A stretch of 63,979 nucleotides of DNA, counting the filler, from Reticulomyxa filosa (lineage: Eukaryota; Protista; Foraminifera): NCBI GenBank assembly GCA_000512085.1. It is 21 parts of 21 records of this genome, joined end to end, with 100 filler letters (N's around TTAATTAATTAA, not from the genome) between each part and the next. Parts side by side here need not be neighbours in the genome. Positions count along the whole stretch, not along the records: positions 10,283 to 18,523 come from ASPP01008112.1; positions 18,624 to 21,407 come from ASPP01019499.1; positions 21,508 to 22,875 come from ASPP01046580.1; positions 22,976 to 24,058 come from ASPP01029355.1; positions 24,159 to 29,034 come from ASPP01006457.1; 16 more parts are not named here. One strand, written 5' to 3'. The notes below the pieces were generated by a model. It saw only the letters and a list, made by a program, of their open reading frames with translations, was not told where the DNA came from and made no database searches. Below are positions 13,188 through 26,239 of the stretch, piece after piece. Numbering within the stretch: position 1 is the stretch's first letter; each line of letters begins with the position of its first letter. The position numbers were made by a program, and so were the translations under genes.

Positions 13188-14031
13188 TGCTTTACAAACG
13201 CGTTTGTTCGTTGTTGTTGGCTTTTTTTTTTTGGGAAAGGAACACTAGCGACTTTTTGTGATAGATACCAAATACAATTCTTTATCCAAGCCACTCTAAC
13301 GACATTCGAAAACTAATTTTTTAAAAAAGAAGCATAAGTAGAATTGCTTTCTTGTTAATTTCTTAAAAAAAGAATTTGAAAGTGGTCGAACTAGAAATAG
13401 AGACTGTGCGAAGCTCGTTTTGAAGATTTAACAGTTTTACAACGCCAAATAAGAGAAAAAAAGGAAATATATATTTGCCGTTGCATTGCAAACAGTGCAT
13501 GAAAATGCAAAGCTGCTTGTTTGTTTAAAATACTAAATAGATTTAAATGGATTTAAAATAATGCGATAAAGTATTAATAAGTTGGTCACATCTGTGTAGG
13601 CATCATACATGTAACAGTGAAAAATGTAAAAGAAAAGTTACTTGGTCACAGCACGACAGATAAGCCTAACGTTTTTGTTGAACTTCTAAATAGTTAAAAA
13701 GAGCCGTTACTCGGCAAAATGGGCTCAATATCAACGAAATCAGCCACGAGCAACGTGACCATTTCCAATCATAGAGTAGAAACATGGATTGCCTTTCAAG
13801 CGTCCTCCCACAAATGCTTTTCCAATCTGTCAGGCAAAGTTGTTTGCTGCGTTGTAAACTACTGGATACGGACTCATCTGAATGCTTTTCAATATGAGCC
13901 CTTAGGTGTGTATTAAGAAAGGGAGAGAGGAAAGAGGAGAAGAAACGAAGCAAAAAAAAAAAAATTCTATATTAAAAAAAAAAACACAAGTACAAATAAA
14001 CAATTATCTGACAGCTCTACCCTTGTTGAAG

Positions 14032-14702
14032 ATGGTCGAAGAATATTCGATGGAAGTGGATCGAATAGTGAGGCCAAAAGGAAGAAAGAAAAGAAGAAAA
14101 GACAGATTGGAGCCAAGAGTGGACATGAAGATAAACATTTGTGTGTTTGGAGATAACAAAGTAGGTAAAACGTCGCTGATCACTAGTTTTTGCAAAACAG
14201 GTAAGACGGAGCCCTCTCCGACGGTTTGGTCGCCGGTAGTATATCAAATGTCGGTGCGAGGGCTACTGTTGGAATGTTATTTTTATGAAAACAATGGAAC
14301 GAAAGACCAATGGTTTGGTCCGTCCTTAGACATGGTCGTCTTTTTATTTGATATAACGGATTACTCTTCCTTTGATCACTTGCACAATTGTTTGCAACAA
14401 TTCAAAACATACGTTCGAATTTTTCAAAATAATAACAAAAAAAATATGTTTTATCTCCCGAAACCCTTTGTCCGGTTCTTGTTCTGGGAAATAAGTCCGA
14501 TTTGCAAAGTCTTCGCATTGTCAATAGAACCGAAATTGCTGAGTTTTGCTTCAACAATGGTCTTATTTATGGTGGGGAGGTGTCATGCAAAAACTCACGT
14601 GCCTCCTCTGCTCAAACTATTTTGAAAGATTTCCTTTTCCGTGTTGTCTTCCAGGGCAAGACTACTAAGTGTCCTCATTGCTATCAGTACGCAATAATGT
14701 GA
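14032..14702 (+). CDS. Divergent Ras-superfamily (Rab-like) small GTPase
   Basis: G1 GDNKVGKTS, FLFDITDYSSF, G4 LGNKSD (reached after a frameshift or intron near 14412-14447) and G5 EVSCK. G3 is degenerate (ENNG). Confidence 0.75.
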
Positions 14703-15034
14703 TTTTTTTTTTTCTTCTCCCTTTGTATAGCATAACATATTGTAATTTCAATCTTTTTGAAAATATCTTGTAATTTCAAAATTGGACTTCTTCTTTAGCT
14801 CTGAACTCAAAAAGCCCAAAGAACAAAAAATAAAAAAGTTAAAGCAAGTCAAACCATTTTTAGGTTACTATTTTTGTGAAACAGCTTAAAAGAGAAATTC
14901 TGTTTATTGCAACTATGAGTTCCCTTTGGAGACTTTTTTTTTAATTAAAACTTGTACACAAAAAGAAAACGAGTTTAAACTTTTCAGATTTTATTTATTT
15001 ATCTTCACTGATATATTGGAAGAGTTGCAAACAA

Positions 15035-16614
15035 ATGAATCTCACAAAAAGTGAAATAGCAGGCCTCGTTACGCTTGTGATAGTTCCATGTGTAGGGGTA
15101 GTACTACTCTTTTTTTTAAGGCTACTCCAAATGAACAAAATGCATCCGATAATACGGGCACGAGGATACCGATTAACAATGGCTCTGATAATATCGGCTA
15201 TATTTCGCTCCTCCAGTAACTACGGGCTGCTGCTTGCATTGCTGTTTCGCGGACACTCGAGAGTAGATGCATTGCTGAAGTACATGGCTAGTACGACTGC
15301 AGCCGCAAATGTTTTCTTAATCCTTTCAAGGACATATTCAATGTATTACAAATGGAGAGATCATAACGAAATTTGTGACAAGTACCTACATTCTAAGAAG
15401 CGGACATTTTTCTGTCCGAATTTAAATTGTTGCGGTTTGGCTCACACTAATCGCTTTCTGCTGGTTTCTGTGATTATTTTTATCATCTTTTCATTATTAT
15501 TGCCCTTCGTTGATCTTATGCTACTCTCCTACGTTATAACAGCCTTTTTTGTGTTCCTGTTAATCTACGGGAGCATCGGAGTGTTGCTGATCATGAGTAT
15601 CAATGACATGATAAGTATACGTACGGAAACAGTAATGGGGTTAGTGGTAATGCTTGCCACGCTTCCAATACAAATGATTTTTGCTGATAATCTTGTGCCT
15701 CAAGTGATTTCAACTACCTTTGCGTCTGTGGCTCAAACAAGCTTTATTATCATTACTCCTGTTGCAAGCCTGTATCATTTTCAAAAGAAGCTGTATCACT
15801 ACAAATTGTTTAAGTTTTTGTTTGCTACGCAGACGGACGTTCGAGAATCGTACTTGCCAAGCGCAACTATTAGCATGTCCACTACTCCGTTGGAGTTTGC
15901 GAGGCCTTCATGCACTGTGAGCATAAACGAGCAAAACCCCGATCAAAGCAAATACCCAGTCCGCCTTATTGACTTTTTAAAGAAAGGGTCATCGGAATAT
16001 TCCATCTTCGCAGAATTCTTGGTGAAATGTTTCGCCAGCGAAGTTTTGTTTTGTTTTTTGTTGTTGGGTACTTGAAAGCATTTACGCATTTTTTTTTTTT
16101 GACAAAAAAAATTATGAGAGGAATACGTATCTCTACGTTTTTATTATTTATGCCAATTAACAATAACAAAATACAAGGTGTAATTTATCACTTTATTTGT
16201 TTGTTTGTTTTTTTGCAGAGCTTGCTTTATTTTCAATGGGTAGTAATATTTCGTAATTATATTGTGACCCATTTTCACGTCGACAATCAAGACGTAAATT
16301 TACTTGACTATTTGTTTGACATTGATCTAACCCATTTAGCGGAATTGCAAGAAACAATCAAAAAAACTATTGGAGACAACCAAACCAATGTTCACAAAGT
16401 TGCTACGCAAATTTTAGACACTTTTATTGTCCCTGGATCGCTCTATGAAATTAATATTTCTTTCGTTTGCCGAAAACAAATCGAAGCTTTTTTTACTAGC
16501 AAAGAAAATCCGCAATCTAATTCTTTGGCGGAATATTGTGAATTGTTTGTTGATGCCTTGGGTGAGTGCTATCAACTTATGAATGGCTTGTATGCATCCA
16601 ATTTTCCTTCTTAG
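15035..16614 (+). CDS. 7TM-RGS protein (multi-pass membrane domain + C-terminal RGS domain), intron 16043-16218
   Basis: About 7 hydrophobic segments, with HPIIRARG after TM1. RGS motifs FAEFLVKCFASE|SLLYF, ILDTFIVPGSLYEINIS and LFVDALGECYQLM. The GT-AG intron joins in phase 0. Confidence 0.85.
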
Positions 16615-18435
16615 TTTTTTCAAAGGAACATTACTTGATGCTCCCTATTAAATATTTTAAGGATTATTTATAAATGTGCACAATTGTATGATTTTCGCTT
16701 CTCAATTTTTTTTAAATTAAATTTGAGAAATGCATATGTTGTTATATATAAGGAAGAAATGGGTTTGTTTTTTATTAAAGACATGTCTACTTTTCATTAG
16801 ACCAATTGTAGTTTATAAGAAATCGATATTAACACTTGTAGGATAAACATTCGTGGAGCAACAACTCTAAAATTTATGATTTGCAATAAAAATTAAAAAA
16901 CGGATAAGTAGTTTAAGTTTTAGTGTAGAACAACGAATCAAAAAATCAAAATGTTACTGAAAGCAACAAATATATATTCAAATCCATCTATCCTACGTCA
17001 GCGTTCATTTGACCACAAATATGTTTGGTATTTAAAGTTTGTGCAATGACGCCAGGTATGGCAATGTGAGATGTGTTTATGCAAAAACACATAAACCAAG
17101 AATTAAAGAAGCGACAATTAATGATGAATTGTTGGAAATTACACCACAAGATGGTGTATCGTATGTCTATTCAATGATCAGCGATCGTCTTATTTGGAGC
17201 AATTTTTTGTATTGCGTGTTCTATTTATATTATTAATGGCTTTGTTACTTATTTAATACTTAGTAACTACAGTAGTTTGCAAAAAAAATTTGCAACATAT
17301 TATGCTACAGATATATTGAGAGAAAACTGAACAAATTACGAATATGATCAATTTTATATGAAAAATAAACATTTGAAAAAAAATATATACGAATATTGTA
17401 GTTTTTAAATATGAAATTAATTTTATAATAACTTTTTCTAGGTTAAAATAATTGTTGTTTATGTGATTTTTCAAAATTTCGCATTAATGTATGTAAATCA
17501 AACATATATTACCAATATGAAATTTTTAAATTTTTTTGTTTCTTTTTTCGGAGTCTTCAAGTCACATATATACTTTTTAAAAATTAGCGTTGTATCTTTC
17601 GTCCTTTTTAAGGAAATCGCATTATTGTATTGCAGTTTATACCTCATTATGTTACAAAAAAACTAGCATACATATTAAAAAACAAATAAATTCTTTTTAC
17701 ACACTTATACAGCCAGATGACCTTTTGTGTATGCCGCATACGAGAAACGTTGGAATGTTATCAATTTTATACTAATTTTGGTAAATATTGATGACAATAT
17801 GTTATTTGATTACTTCAAGTTGTTATTGAAAATTTTGGCAGTAAGTAGTGTTTGTGATTTTATATTTGCATGTTGTTATTTTTGTGGTAGTTGCAATATT
17901 TGATTATAATCAGATATTGCTGCGTTTATGTATCAGTGTCTATCTAGTTTCTGTCGAAAAACGAATTGATATACACTTTGTAAAGAATATATGTTGCTAC
18001 TTCAGCGAATGCTATGAACGTCGCACTATAGTAATTTTCGATTTTGCACATGTTCGACTCACCAAGATTCAGTTGAAGTTAGTATTGTTTCAGTTGAGAC
18101 TATATACGCGGTCTTGCTAGAAGTTGACATATACATTAGCGTTTTATCGATATGTATGAATATTTGCTTGCAACGTTGTTGAAATTGATTCTTATAAAGT
18201 AGTTTATCTTCGAAGTTATATGTAATTCCCGATAATCAGCAGTACTGTTTGCATTTGCACTAACGTTAATCTATAATCGAAACTTGCTTTTATGTCTTAC
18301 ATTTCTCTAGCACGATTGAGTCTATGCTTGATTGACTGCCGATCTCGATACTAGCTATTAATGTTTCGAAAGTCTAGTTTTTCTTAATTTTTGTGAATGT
18401 CAATAAGTTAATACTAAGAAATCAATTTAATCTTT

Positions 18436-18523
18436 ATACAGTAAGTTGCAAAGAAAACTGAACGACTAAAACGATATCATATGATGACAATTGATTTTCT
18501 CCATGAAAAATCAACATTTAGAC
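18436..18523 (+). repeat. Dispersed degenerate repeat, copy 1
   Basis: ATACAGTAAGTTGCAAAG...ATTGATTTTCTCCATGAAAAATCAACATTTAGAC aligns with 42980-43060 and with the reverse complement of 22976-23142. Confidence 0.7.
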
Positions 18524-18625
18524 NNNNNNNNNNNNNNNNNNNNNNNNNNNNNNNNNNNNNNNNNNNNTTAATTAATTAANNNNNNNNNNNNNNNNNNNNN
18601 NNNNNNNNNNNNNNNNNNNNNNNTT

Positions 18626-20150
18626 TTGCGGTATTTAATATATACCAAACTATTATTAGCTAATATATACATATATATGTATATATATACATATATGTAT
18701 ATGTATGATATTACAGAGAAAATGAACACTCCAGTACTATTCATTGCTCTTGATATAGATGCAAGCACCAACGACTTTGGGAAACAAGACACTACGTGGG
18801 AATTACCATTGCGTTCGTCTTTGATGTCATGCACCAAAGGAGATTTTGGACTTAAACAATACAATGCTCTGTATAACAACATCAGTCAGACGACATCCAT
18901 CTCGCTGATACACAACGACGATGGCAATATCGAATATATCTTTGCTCAAATGTGTGGCTTTTGTCATATGAACAACGAAGCTATAAGTGATTCTTGGGAC
19001 ACCAAAGAATGCAAGCTGAATACTTCCAACGCCAAACCAAATACACTCAGATACAGTTGTAATTATTTGACTTATTTCGGAGGATTTGATACTTATCAAG
19101 GTTTGAATGTTGTTTGTTGTTGTTATTATTGTTTTATACATCTGTCCATCTTTTTTTTTTTTTTTTGATAGTTGCTAATATAAAAAAAATATATACATGT
19201 TACACATTAAATTGAATTGTGATAAAATGGATGAATGAATGAACCAATGAGTGAAGAAATAAAACACAACGATAATACGGACTGGATGTCAATCTTCATT
19301 TATGCTATTAGTTTGATTGTGGCGTGTATTATCATTGTATTTGTCATTTTGAAGCGTGAGCATTGCAAGTGGGAGGTATCGACGTTTATGTACTGGCTGT
19401 TAGCAACAGCATGCTTTTATCAAGCAGCTTATGTTTGGTATCTTTATCACTTGGAATATCACTTCATTTGGGATATTGTTTTTGTTGTGTCTTCATTTCA
19501 ATCTGTTGATCATGTTGCTTAACATATGGTCGCGCATTATTCATGGTCATGTTGGCATTAATCGATTTTCGTGTTATCTCTAACTCATACAAACAAATCA
19601 CAAATCTTGCAAAACTCGTTTTATTGGGATTGATGGGAATTCTAGGATCACTTTGGCTCTTATGGAAGGCCCATTGCTTGTTTTTACCAATTCAAAAAAA
19701 AAAATTCACAGAAACAGCTTCAATGCACATTATATTTGATGTTTAGTGTATATCTCTTGAGTATGGATTTTTGAAGTTATACAACAAAAATAACTATATC
19801 TATGTTGTACATAATATGCTGCTGTTATTGGGACATACAAACAAATATTTTGATTGGGCAAATGGAAATGCAAATGGCTATATTGCTATATTAGTATGTT
19901 AACTCGTCAATTGCGCTTTATCATCAACGTGTTGGATGTGATCGCTTATTTCTTTTATCTTAATCTTCTATTTTTCAATTACAATAAAAGTTGTCCAAAT
20001 CCAGAGAAAAGCGACCATCCCAATTGACATTATTATTTGCCTTCCAGCAACCACAACGACTGCCTGTCCAACAAATCGAATAAATCGAGGAATCTGTATC
20101 TTTTGAATTGCATGCTTCTACTCCTAGTTAATATAACTGCCACTGAAAGA
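18626..20150 (+). pseudogene. Fragmented membrane-protein gene (Cys-containing extracellular part + several TM segments)
   Basis: Successive short same-strand ORFs (18626, 19235, 19543) with TM helices, broken by stops and frameshifts. Family not recognised. Confidence 0.4.
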
Positions 20151-21516
20151 TAAACAAATCAAACACTTTTTTTTTCTAAAAAAAAAAGAGTTGGAAGTGA
20201 TAAATTCGGTGTTCGTGCTCCAGCAGGACTTCGCAGAATAGAAATACAAGATCATCATTATTTTTTAGGTCACTCAGAACCTTTGCCACCACCAATAGAA
20301 TCAGCATATACAAACTACAATACCACATGCTGACGATCATTGAAATAAATATCATAAAAATATATTTAATTCGGATTAGTTTGTTTTTTTTTCAATGATT
20401 GCAAATTTGTGTGTTAGATTTTGTTATTTTTCAAATTCTTTTTTCAATTTGAATTTTTTTTTTCTAGATCAATATAACTTCTTAAATTAAATGATTAATT
20501 GAATATACGATATTGATTTAAAAAAATTATAATGAATGAACAAAATATTGGAGTATATATATATAACATTATATATATAATATATTTATTACTAGTAGTA
20601 ATGCATGGGCCCATATAAGTCTATATCTATATTAAATTTTTCTAGATTATTTATTATTGATGAAGTAAAAACAACAATAAGATTATACTCGCTCAAAAAT
20701 TTCACAATGGGGTCCTCATTATTGTGGCTGTAGTCTGCAAATTTTGGTTTTTCCAAAAACTTTCATTGATATCTCTGGGATTGAAAGGAAATCTTTATTT
20801 TCCATACACATGCATACACAATCGTACTTATCATCTCACATCGCAAATCTTGCCAAATCCTGAACACAAGCTCAAAGAAAACAAAACAAGCAAACATGGC
20901 GGCAACTGGTTTAATTATAAAGCGTGTCGCAAACAGTAACAACGATACATCCCTCTTTCTAAAGATTTTCCACAACTTTTCAAACGAAACATGTTTGATA
21001 ATATAAAATTGTAGAAATTTTTCACAGATCAAAGGTTTCAATATTAAAAAAACTTTGTTCTCACGCAGAATGGTAATGAAAAAAAACACTATTGCGTCTT
21101 TCCAACGTAGTAAAATGAATTTTTGATATTACACAAAGTTTTTTAATTAAATAAACCAAAATTTAACATTATAAAAGCGAAAATCAAATTGTTTTATATT
21201 AAACACTGTTTAATATTTATTCAGAATTTTTCAGAAATTCACGCGTATAAACTTATATTTCTCCTTAAACCTGGCAACAAATATTTCTAAAAGGATACAA
21301 TAAAATAATTGATAACTTGTGCATCATTTAACTTTTCAAGCTTGTTTGTCACGTTAAAAAAATATATAGCTGTTTTATCACATAAAATAATATCTATTTA
21401 TCATTACNNNNNNNNNNNNNNNNNNNNNNNNNNNNNNNNNNNNNNNNNNNNTTAATTAATTAANNNNNNNNNNNNNNNNNNNNNNNNNNNNNNNNNNNNN
21501 NNNNNNNTGAAAATAT

Positions 21517-22875
21517 ATGCTTTGCTATTGTAAATTTAAAACAAAAAAAAAGGAGGAAACAAAGATCAACACAGACCAAAATAAAATCGAAATGATAACA
21601 ACATCGATTTTAAAGGCGCTTCTAAAAAATCGAGACAATCGCAAATATTGGATTGAACTGTTAGAAAAGTCCGACAAAATGACGAGCGACTCGATGTTTG
21701 GCAAGTTCCTGGAGAATTCGTTCAAAAATTGGCTGGGGGGAAGTGAGGAGAAGAGCTCGTACGAAGACAACAACACCTTTCCATCCAAAGTGATCGAATT
21801 ACTTTCTTCGTCCGCCTTTCACAATGCCAAGTTGTATCATTCATGTTGGATGGAAATCGCGGGCGAGAGACATACCGAATTGCATTTGGACAACAAAATA
21901 TGGACGAGAAGTGACATTGAGGCTATTGATACGTATGCAAAACAGGATATGCAGCTATGGGAAAAGTTATTTCGTTATATGGACAACATCCCTCAAAAAA
22001 TGGAGTTGAATACAAAAGAAATGGAGACGACAAATGATAAACTTTGTCAAAATTTCGAGTATTGCTTTCGATGTAGCATATGGTTTCAACACAAAAGTCC
22101 AATGAAATCACAACTACTTTCATTACTTGGCCACATGTGCACCAACTTGGCCCGAGATAAAAAGCTGTTCTCCGTCAAGCTTTGCAAGTTTCTTAGGAAC
22201 AACTTACAGCGCATTCACGGCCTTCTCGTGTCTCCCTCGACTGAGTTGAAGCAGTCTGTCGCATCACTCGATCAAATGGTCCAAGAATACGATCAGTTTT
22301 CCAAGTTGATTGATAAGTTTGATCAAATACGATGTAAAGGCTATCTAATCGATCAGGATTTGTCTACAACTTTGAAGACGCTCGCTGAGGAGAGACACAC
22401 ATGGGAGTACCAGAGCTTCGTGCAAATCAAGCAGCAATATGCGCAAGATCTGCAAATCCTTGCACATATGGAATACAGCATGGGCATCGTCTTGAGTCTG
22501 CAGTCAAGTTTCGTCTTTGGCGAAATTTGGAGCAAGTGCAATGACAAATGTAAGGCTTCCAGTCTTCTGTCTGAAGCAAAAAAGCCTTTTTCCATTTTTA
22601 GTCAAGCGTTTGAAGAGAGTAAGCGTGTATGGGATAATTATGGAAAGGTTCGTTTTAAGAGAGAAAGATAGAGTTGGTTTTTTTCTCCTATCGATTGGTA
22701 TTTGATTAAACATATACATGCATATATATATATTTGTTTATTTTGCAATATCGTTCAGGCTCTAAAACAAGGTACTCTGACACGTCAAGAATTGGAGTGG
22801 CTCTCACATGGCGACGAAGCGACGCTGACAGCTGAAGTAGGGCATTTCTTTCCGCAATGCAGCAAAACGGAGCAT
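21517..22875 (+). CDS. Internal fragment of a large helical protein, possibly RNF213/mysterin-like
   Basis: 384-aa open exon followed by an intron and ALKQGTLTRQELEWL. The pattern SSFVFGEIW...W...LKQGTLT recalls the RNF213 stalk region; weak recognition. Confidence 0.4.
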
Positions 22876-22975
22876 NNNNNNNNNNNNNNNNNNNNNNNNN
22901 NNNNNNNNNNNNNNNNNNNTTAATTAATTAANNNNNNNNNNNNNNNNNNNNNNNNNNNNNNNNNNNNNNNNNNNN

Positions 22976-23142
22976 ATTAGTAAAGATGTAATAAAAAACC
23001 AAAATGATATTTAAAAACTTCACAATTTGTAGATATTTTAAAAAACAAAATTAGGTCTGAATGTTGTTTTTTCATGAAGAACATCAATCATCTCTATAAG
23101 GTGCCATTTTAGGTTTCAAATTTACTTTGCATTATACTGTAA
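22976..23142 (-). repeat. Dispersed degenerate repeat, copy 2
   Basis: The reverse complement closely matches 42980-43137 (CACCTTATAGAGATGATTGAT...CATGAAAAAA.CAACATTCAGACCTAATTT...AAAATATCTACAAAT). Confidence 0.85.
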
Positions 23143-24797
23143 TTGAGTAAATTAAATTATTGTTACCACAGAGTTATATATGTATGTTAGCATGACATTA
23201 ACTCCATCAATTTCATCTAAAGAATCTTGTTATTCCTTGGATCATCCGCGATCACATTGTGTCTAATACTTTGATTGCTGAATTGAAAAGTCAAAATTTA
23301 AATCAACAGCGATAAAAGAAAATGTGGTGAATGAATCGGTTGTCGAGGATTGCATGTAGTTGATGAAAGACGAGTCACATTCTTCGACCAAATGGGCAGC
23401 GTCTTCAAGTATGATAATCATGTTGAAATTTCTGTTGCAGTTAACTCTTGTAAAATAAAGATTTATGCTTCAAATTTAACATTCGAATCAACTTTACAAT
23501 AATTTTATAAAAGAATCCAATGCTAATTAAAAAAAGCGAATAGACGTTGTAATATATAAAAACAAAGTCAATTAGATTAGATTTGCCAGCTCGTTTGTTT
23601 GAGAGTTTTTTAGGGGGTTTCAGTTGAAATGATCAAAAATTAACTTCTTTTATTAAAGCAAATGTATCAAATTGCTTTGCAATTTGTTACTTTTGCTTTT
23701 TATTGCTGAAACATTTTGTTAAAAATAACTACACAAATGTTTCGGAAAAGCGCAAAGTTGTATTGTGCAAAAGTTAAGAAAAAAAAAATTATTTTATTGT
23801 TTTGTTCTGATGAGACGTTTTTTGTCCTTGCTACTGAAAAACATAACATAAAAAATCAAGAACTGAAACATATTTTGGTCAAAGTGGTAAAAATTTTTTT
23901 GTGCGTTTTTTCGTAGAGTTTTGTTGATTTCAATAGATTCCAAGAAGCGTTAAAAATTGATAAATTTATCAAATGCTGTACTTTAAATGAAACTTTGCAA
24001 AAATTTTATTTTATTGTAATTGTTACTTTGATCAAATTGAAATATTTAATGAAATTTTNNNNNNNNNNNNNNNNNNNNNNNNNNNNNNNNNNNNNNNNNN
24101 NNTTAATTAATTAANNNNNNNNNNNNNNNNNNNNNNNNNNNNNNNNNNNNNNNNNNNNTTCATTTTTTTTTTTTTTTTTTTTTTTATCCTTTAGTTTAAT
24201 ATTGGATTACATCAAACAAAATTAAATTAAATTAAAATAAAATAAAATAATGCATCATTGTTGTAAGAGTGTGCGACTGTTTCAAAATTAAATTGGTTGA
24301 AAAGGAAGAAAAAAGGTGAGGCGAGAAACCACAAAAAAAATGAAAAACAAAACAAGAGTTCATTCTCTCCCTTTTTGTTGTGTTTATGTTGGTTGAACTT
24401 TTTTTGTGGAAATGTACAAAAAAAAATGCTTTCTTATTTGTTTTCATTTTCGCTTTTCTTTTTCCCTTTTCAATATGGTAAAGACAGTTCTTTCTACTTA
24501 TACCATTATTGCACGACGTCACAAACCTTCTTGCAATCGCTACAAGGAAAAAAATATATTTGCTACGGAATAACTGTTTCCAAACAAGAGATTTGAAGTC
24601 GTCACAAAGCAGCGCTTTTAATTGTAGACAAATTTGCCATTATACTCGTAATAAAAAAAAATGACGAATACGATATGAAATGCTCAAGGAAAACAAAATG
24701 CTGTGCCTTCAGTGTTTCTTCAAAATAAATCATTATCAAATCTCAGATATAAATCCAAAAGATAAACCCAAATCCAACAACCAGGGGAAAAAAAGCA

Positions 24798-25931
24798 ATG
24801 TCTGAAGAAAAATTTATGTCTCATCTTACCCAAATGGTAGTGTCTCAAATTGCAGAAGAGATTGGCTTTACTGGAGGGATCCGGGAATCCGCACTATTGA
24901 CACTATCCGAAACAGTGGAAAATTTCATTCAACAGATAGGTGAGGAATCAGCACATTTGTGCCAAAGCAATGGCCGCACGCAAGTGAATTACTTTGATAT
25001 TGAAAAAATTTTGACGCAATCGTTGGGAATATCAATGCAAGATCTAATACAATTTGAGAAAAACAGTGATCCATTGCCTTCAGTGATCGACTTCAAATCA
25101 TTATCCTTGGATCCTTGTATTGAAAATCAGTCCTACATCATAACAGATAAACCGATTGCAAAAATAAATGATATATTAAGAGACCAACAAACTGGACACA
25201 CGAAATCAGGCAATCTAATCGCAAAGGTACAAAATCAAAAAGAAAAGCAAAAAAAGCGTCCATTGCATCTTCGACATATTCCAATATATTGTCCGGATTT
25301 TCCAGATGATTATATGTACAAACATACCCCCATCTATTATAAGCCCGGTCGCCAAACACAAAATGCATTGCTTACAAAAGACAGTGCAGCGACAAATGTT
25401 CCAGGAACCGATGGTGCAATGGCCCTTTCTGAAAAAGGCGTCAATAAATTGGAAAAAACTCAGTCTGTACCACAAGAGAACAATGTGATGGAAGGATCCA
25501 ATGTGGAGAGTGTTAAAGATAGTATTAAAACTAGAAAAATCATTTGCCAATATCCACTTCTCTTCCAAAACTATCAAAGACAAAAGCAAGAAGAACATGA
25601 AAGACTTACCGACAATAGTAACATACTTGGTACACGTCAATCAGTGTCCACGGGACTTCTTCCTCATGCCGAATTGGAAAATGAAGAAAAGATTATCACC
25701 ACCAGACAAACTGAGATAGAACGAGAGGAAGAATATGTCTACGGTGATGATGTTTATAACGATTTTGCTAAAAAACGACTGACACTCAAAGACAAAGGAA
25801 AAAATCAAGAACAAAGAATTCCTTCTCTTACTGATGAAGAGGCTATGAGGTTGGGTATTCCACCAAACAAAAAAAGAAAGATCGTTTTACTTGAAAGTGA
25901 AAAAGATGGGGTTGTTGAAAAGTTATTTTAG
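24798..25931 (+). CDS. TAF8: TFIID subunit 8 (Bromo_TP histone fold + TAF8 C-terminal motif)
   Basis: VSQIAEEIGF...SALLTLSETVENFIQQIG...GRTQVNYFDI (BTP fold) and HIPIYCPDFPDDYMYKHTPIY (TAF8 HIPxxLPxFPxxHTY motif). Intronless. Confidence 0.88.
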   Translation: MSEEKFMSHLTQMVVSQIAEEIGFTGGIRESALLTLSETVENFIQQIGEESAHLCQSNGRTQVNYFDIEKILTQSLGISMQDLIQFEKNSDPLPSVIDFKSLSLDPCIENQSYIITDKPIAKINDILRDQQTGHTKSGNLIAKVQNQKEKQKKRPLHLRHIPIYCPDFPDDYMYKHTPIYYKPGRQTQNALLTKDSAATNVPGTDGAMALSEKGVNKLEKTQSVPQENNVMEGSNVESVKDSIKTRKIICQYPLLFQNYQRQKQEEHERLTDNSNILGTRQSVSTGLLPHAELENEEKIITTRQTEIEREEEYVYGDDVYNDFAKKRLTLKDKGKNQEQRIPSLTDEEAMRLGIPPNKKRKIVLLESEKDGVVEKLF

Positions 25932-26239
25932 AAGATGAAATTGATGATAATGACATTGATCAAAAGCAAAAAATTTAATTCATAATTACCTTTTTTCCCA
26001 TTTCAAAATTAAATAACCATTGTCGTTAGTATTATTTATACTAAATTTTCTATCTCTTCCAAAAAAACATTAAGTTTTTTTAGTCTAGTTCTTTTCAAAC
26101 TTCTTAACCTTTGCTAAACCATTTGTTTGTCTTGAAAAGGAAAAAATAAAGAATAAAAAATTTTGAAAAAAAAAAGATCACCAAGCGGTCTTACTTATAG
26201 GTCTGTAAACATCTGTACTCGACCAGACCGTGAAACCGT

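Noticed and set aside
17850-18430. Moderately complex non-coding tract that might be a retroelement relic
   Set aside because: No RT, endonuclease or integrase motif could be recovered by eye in any frame.
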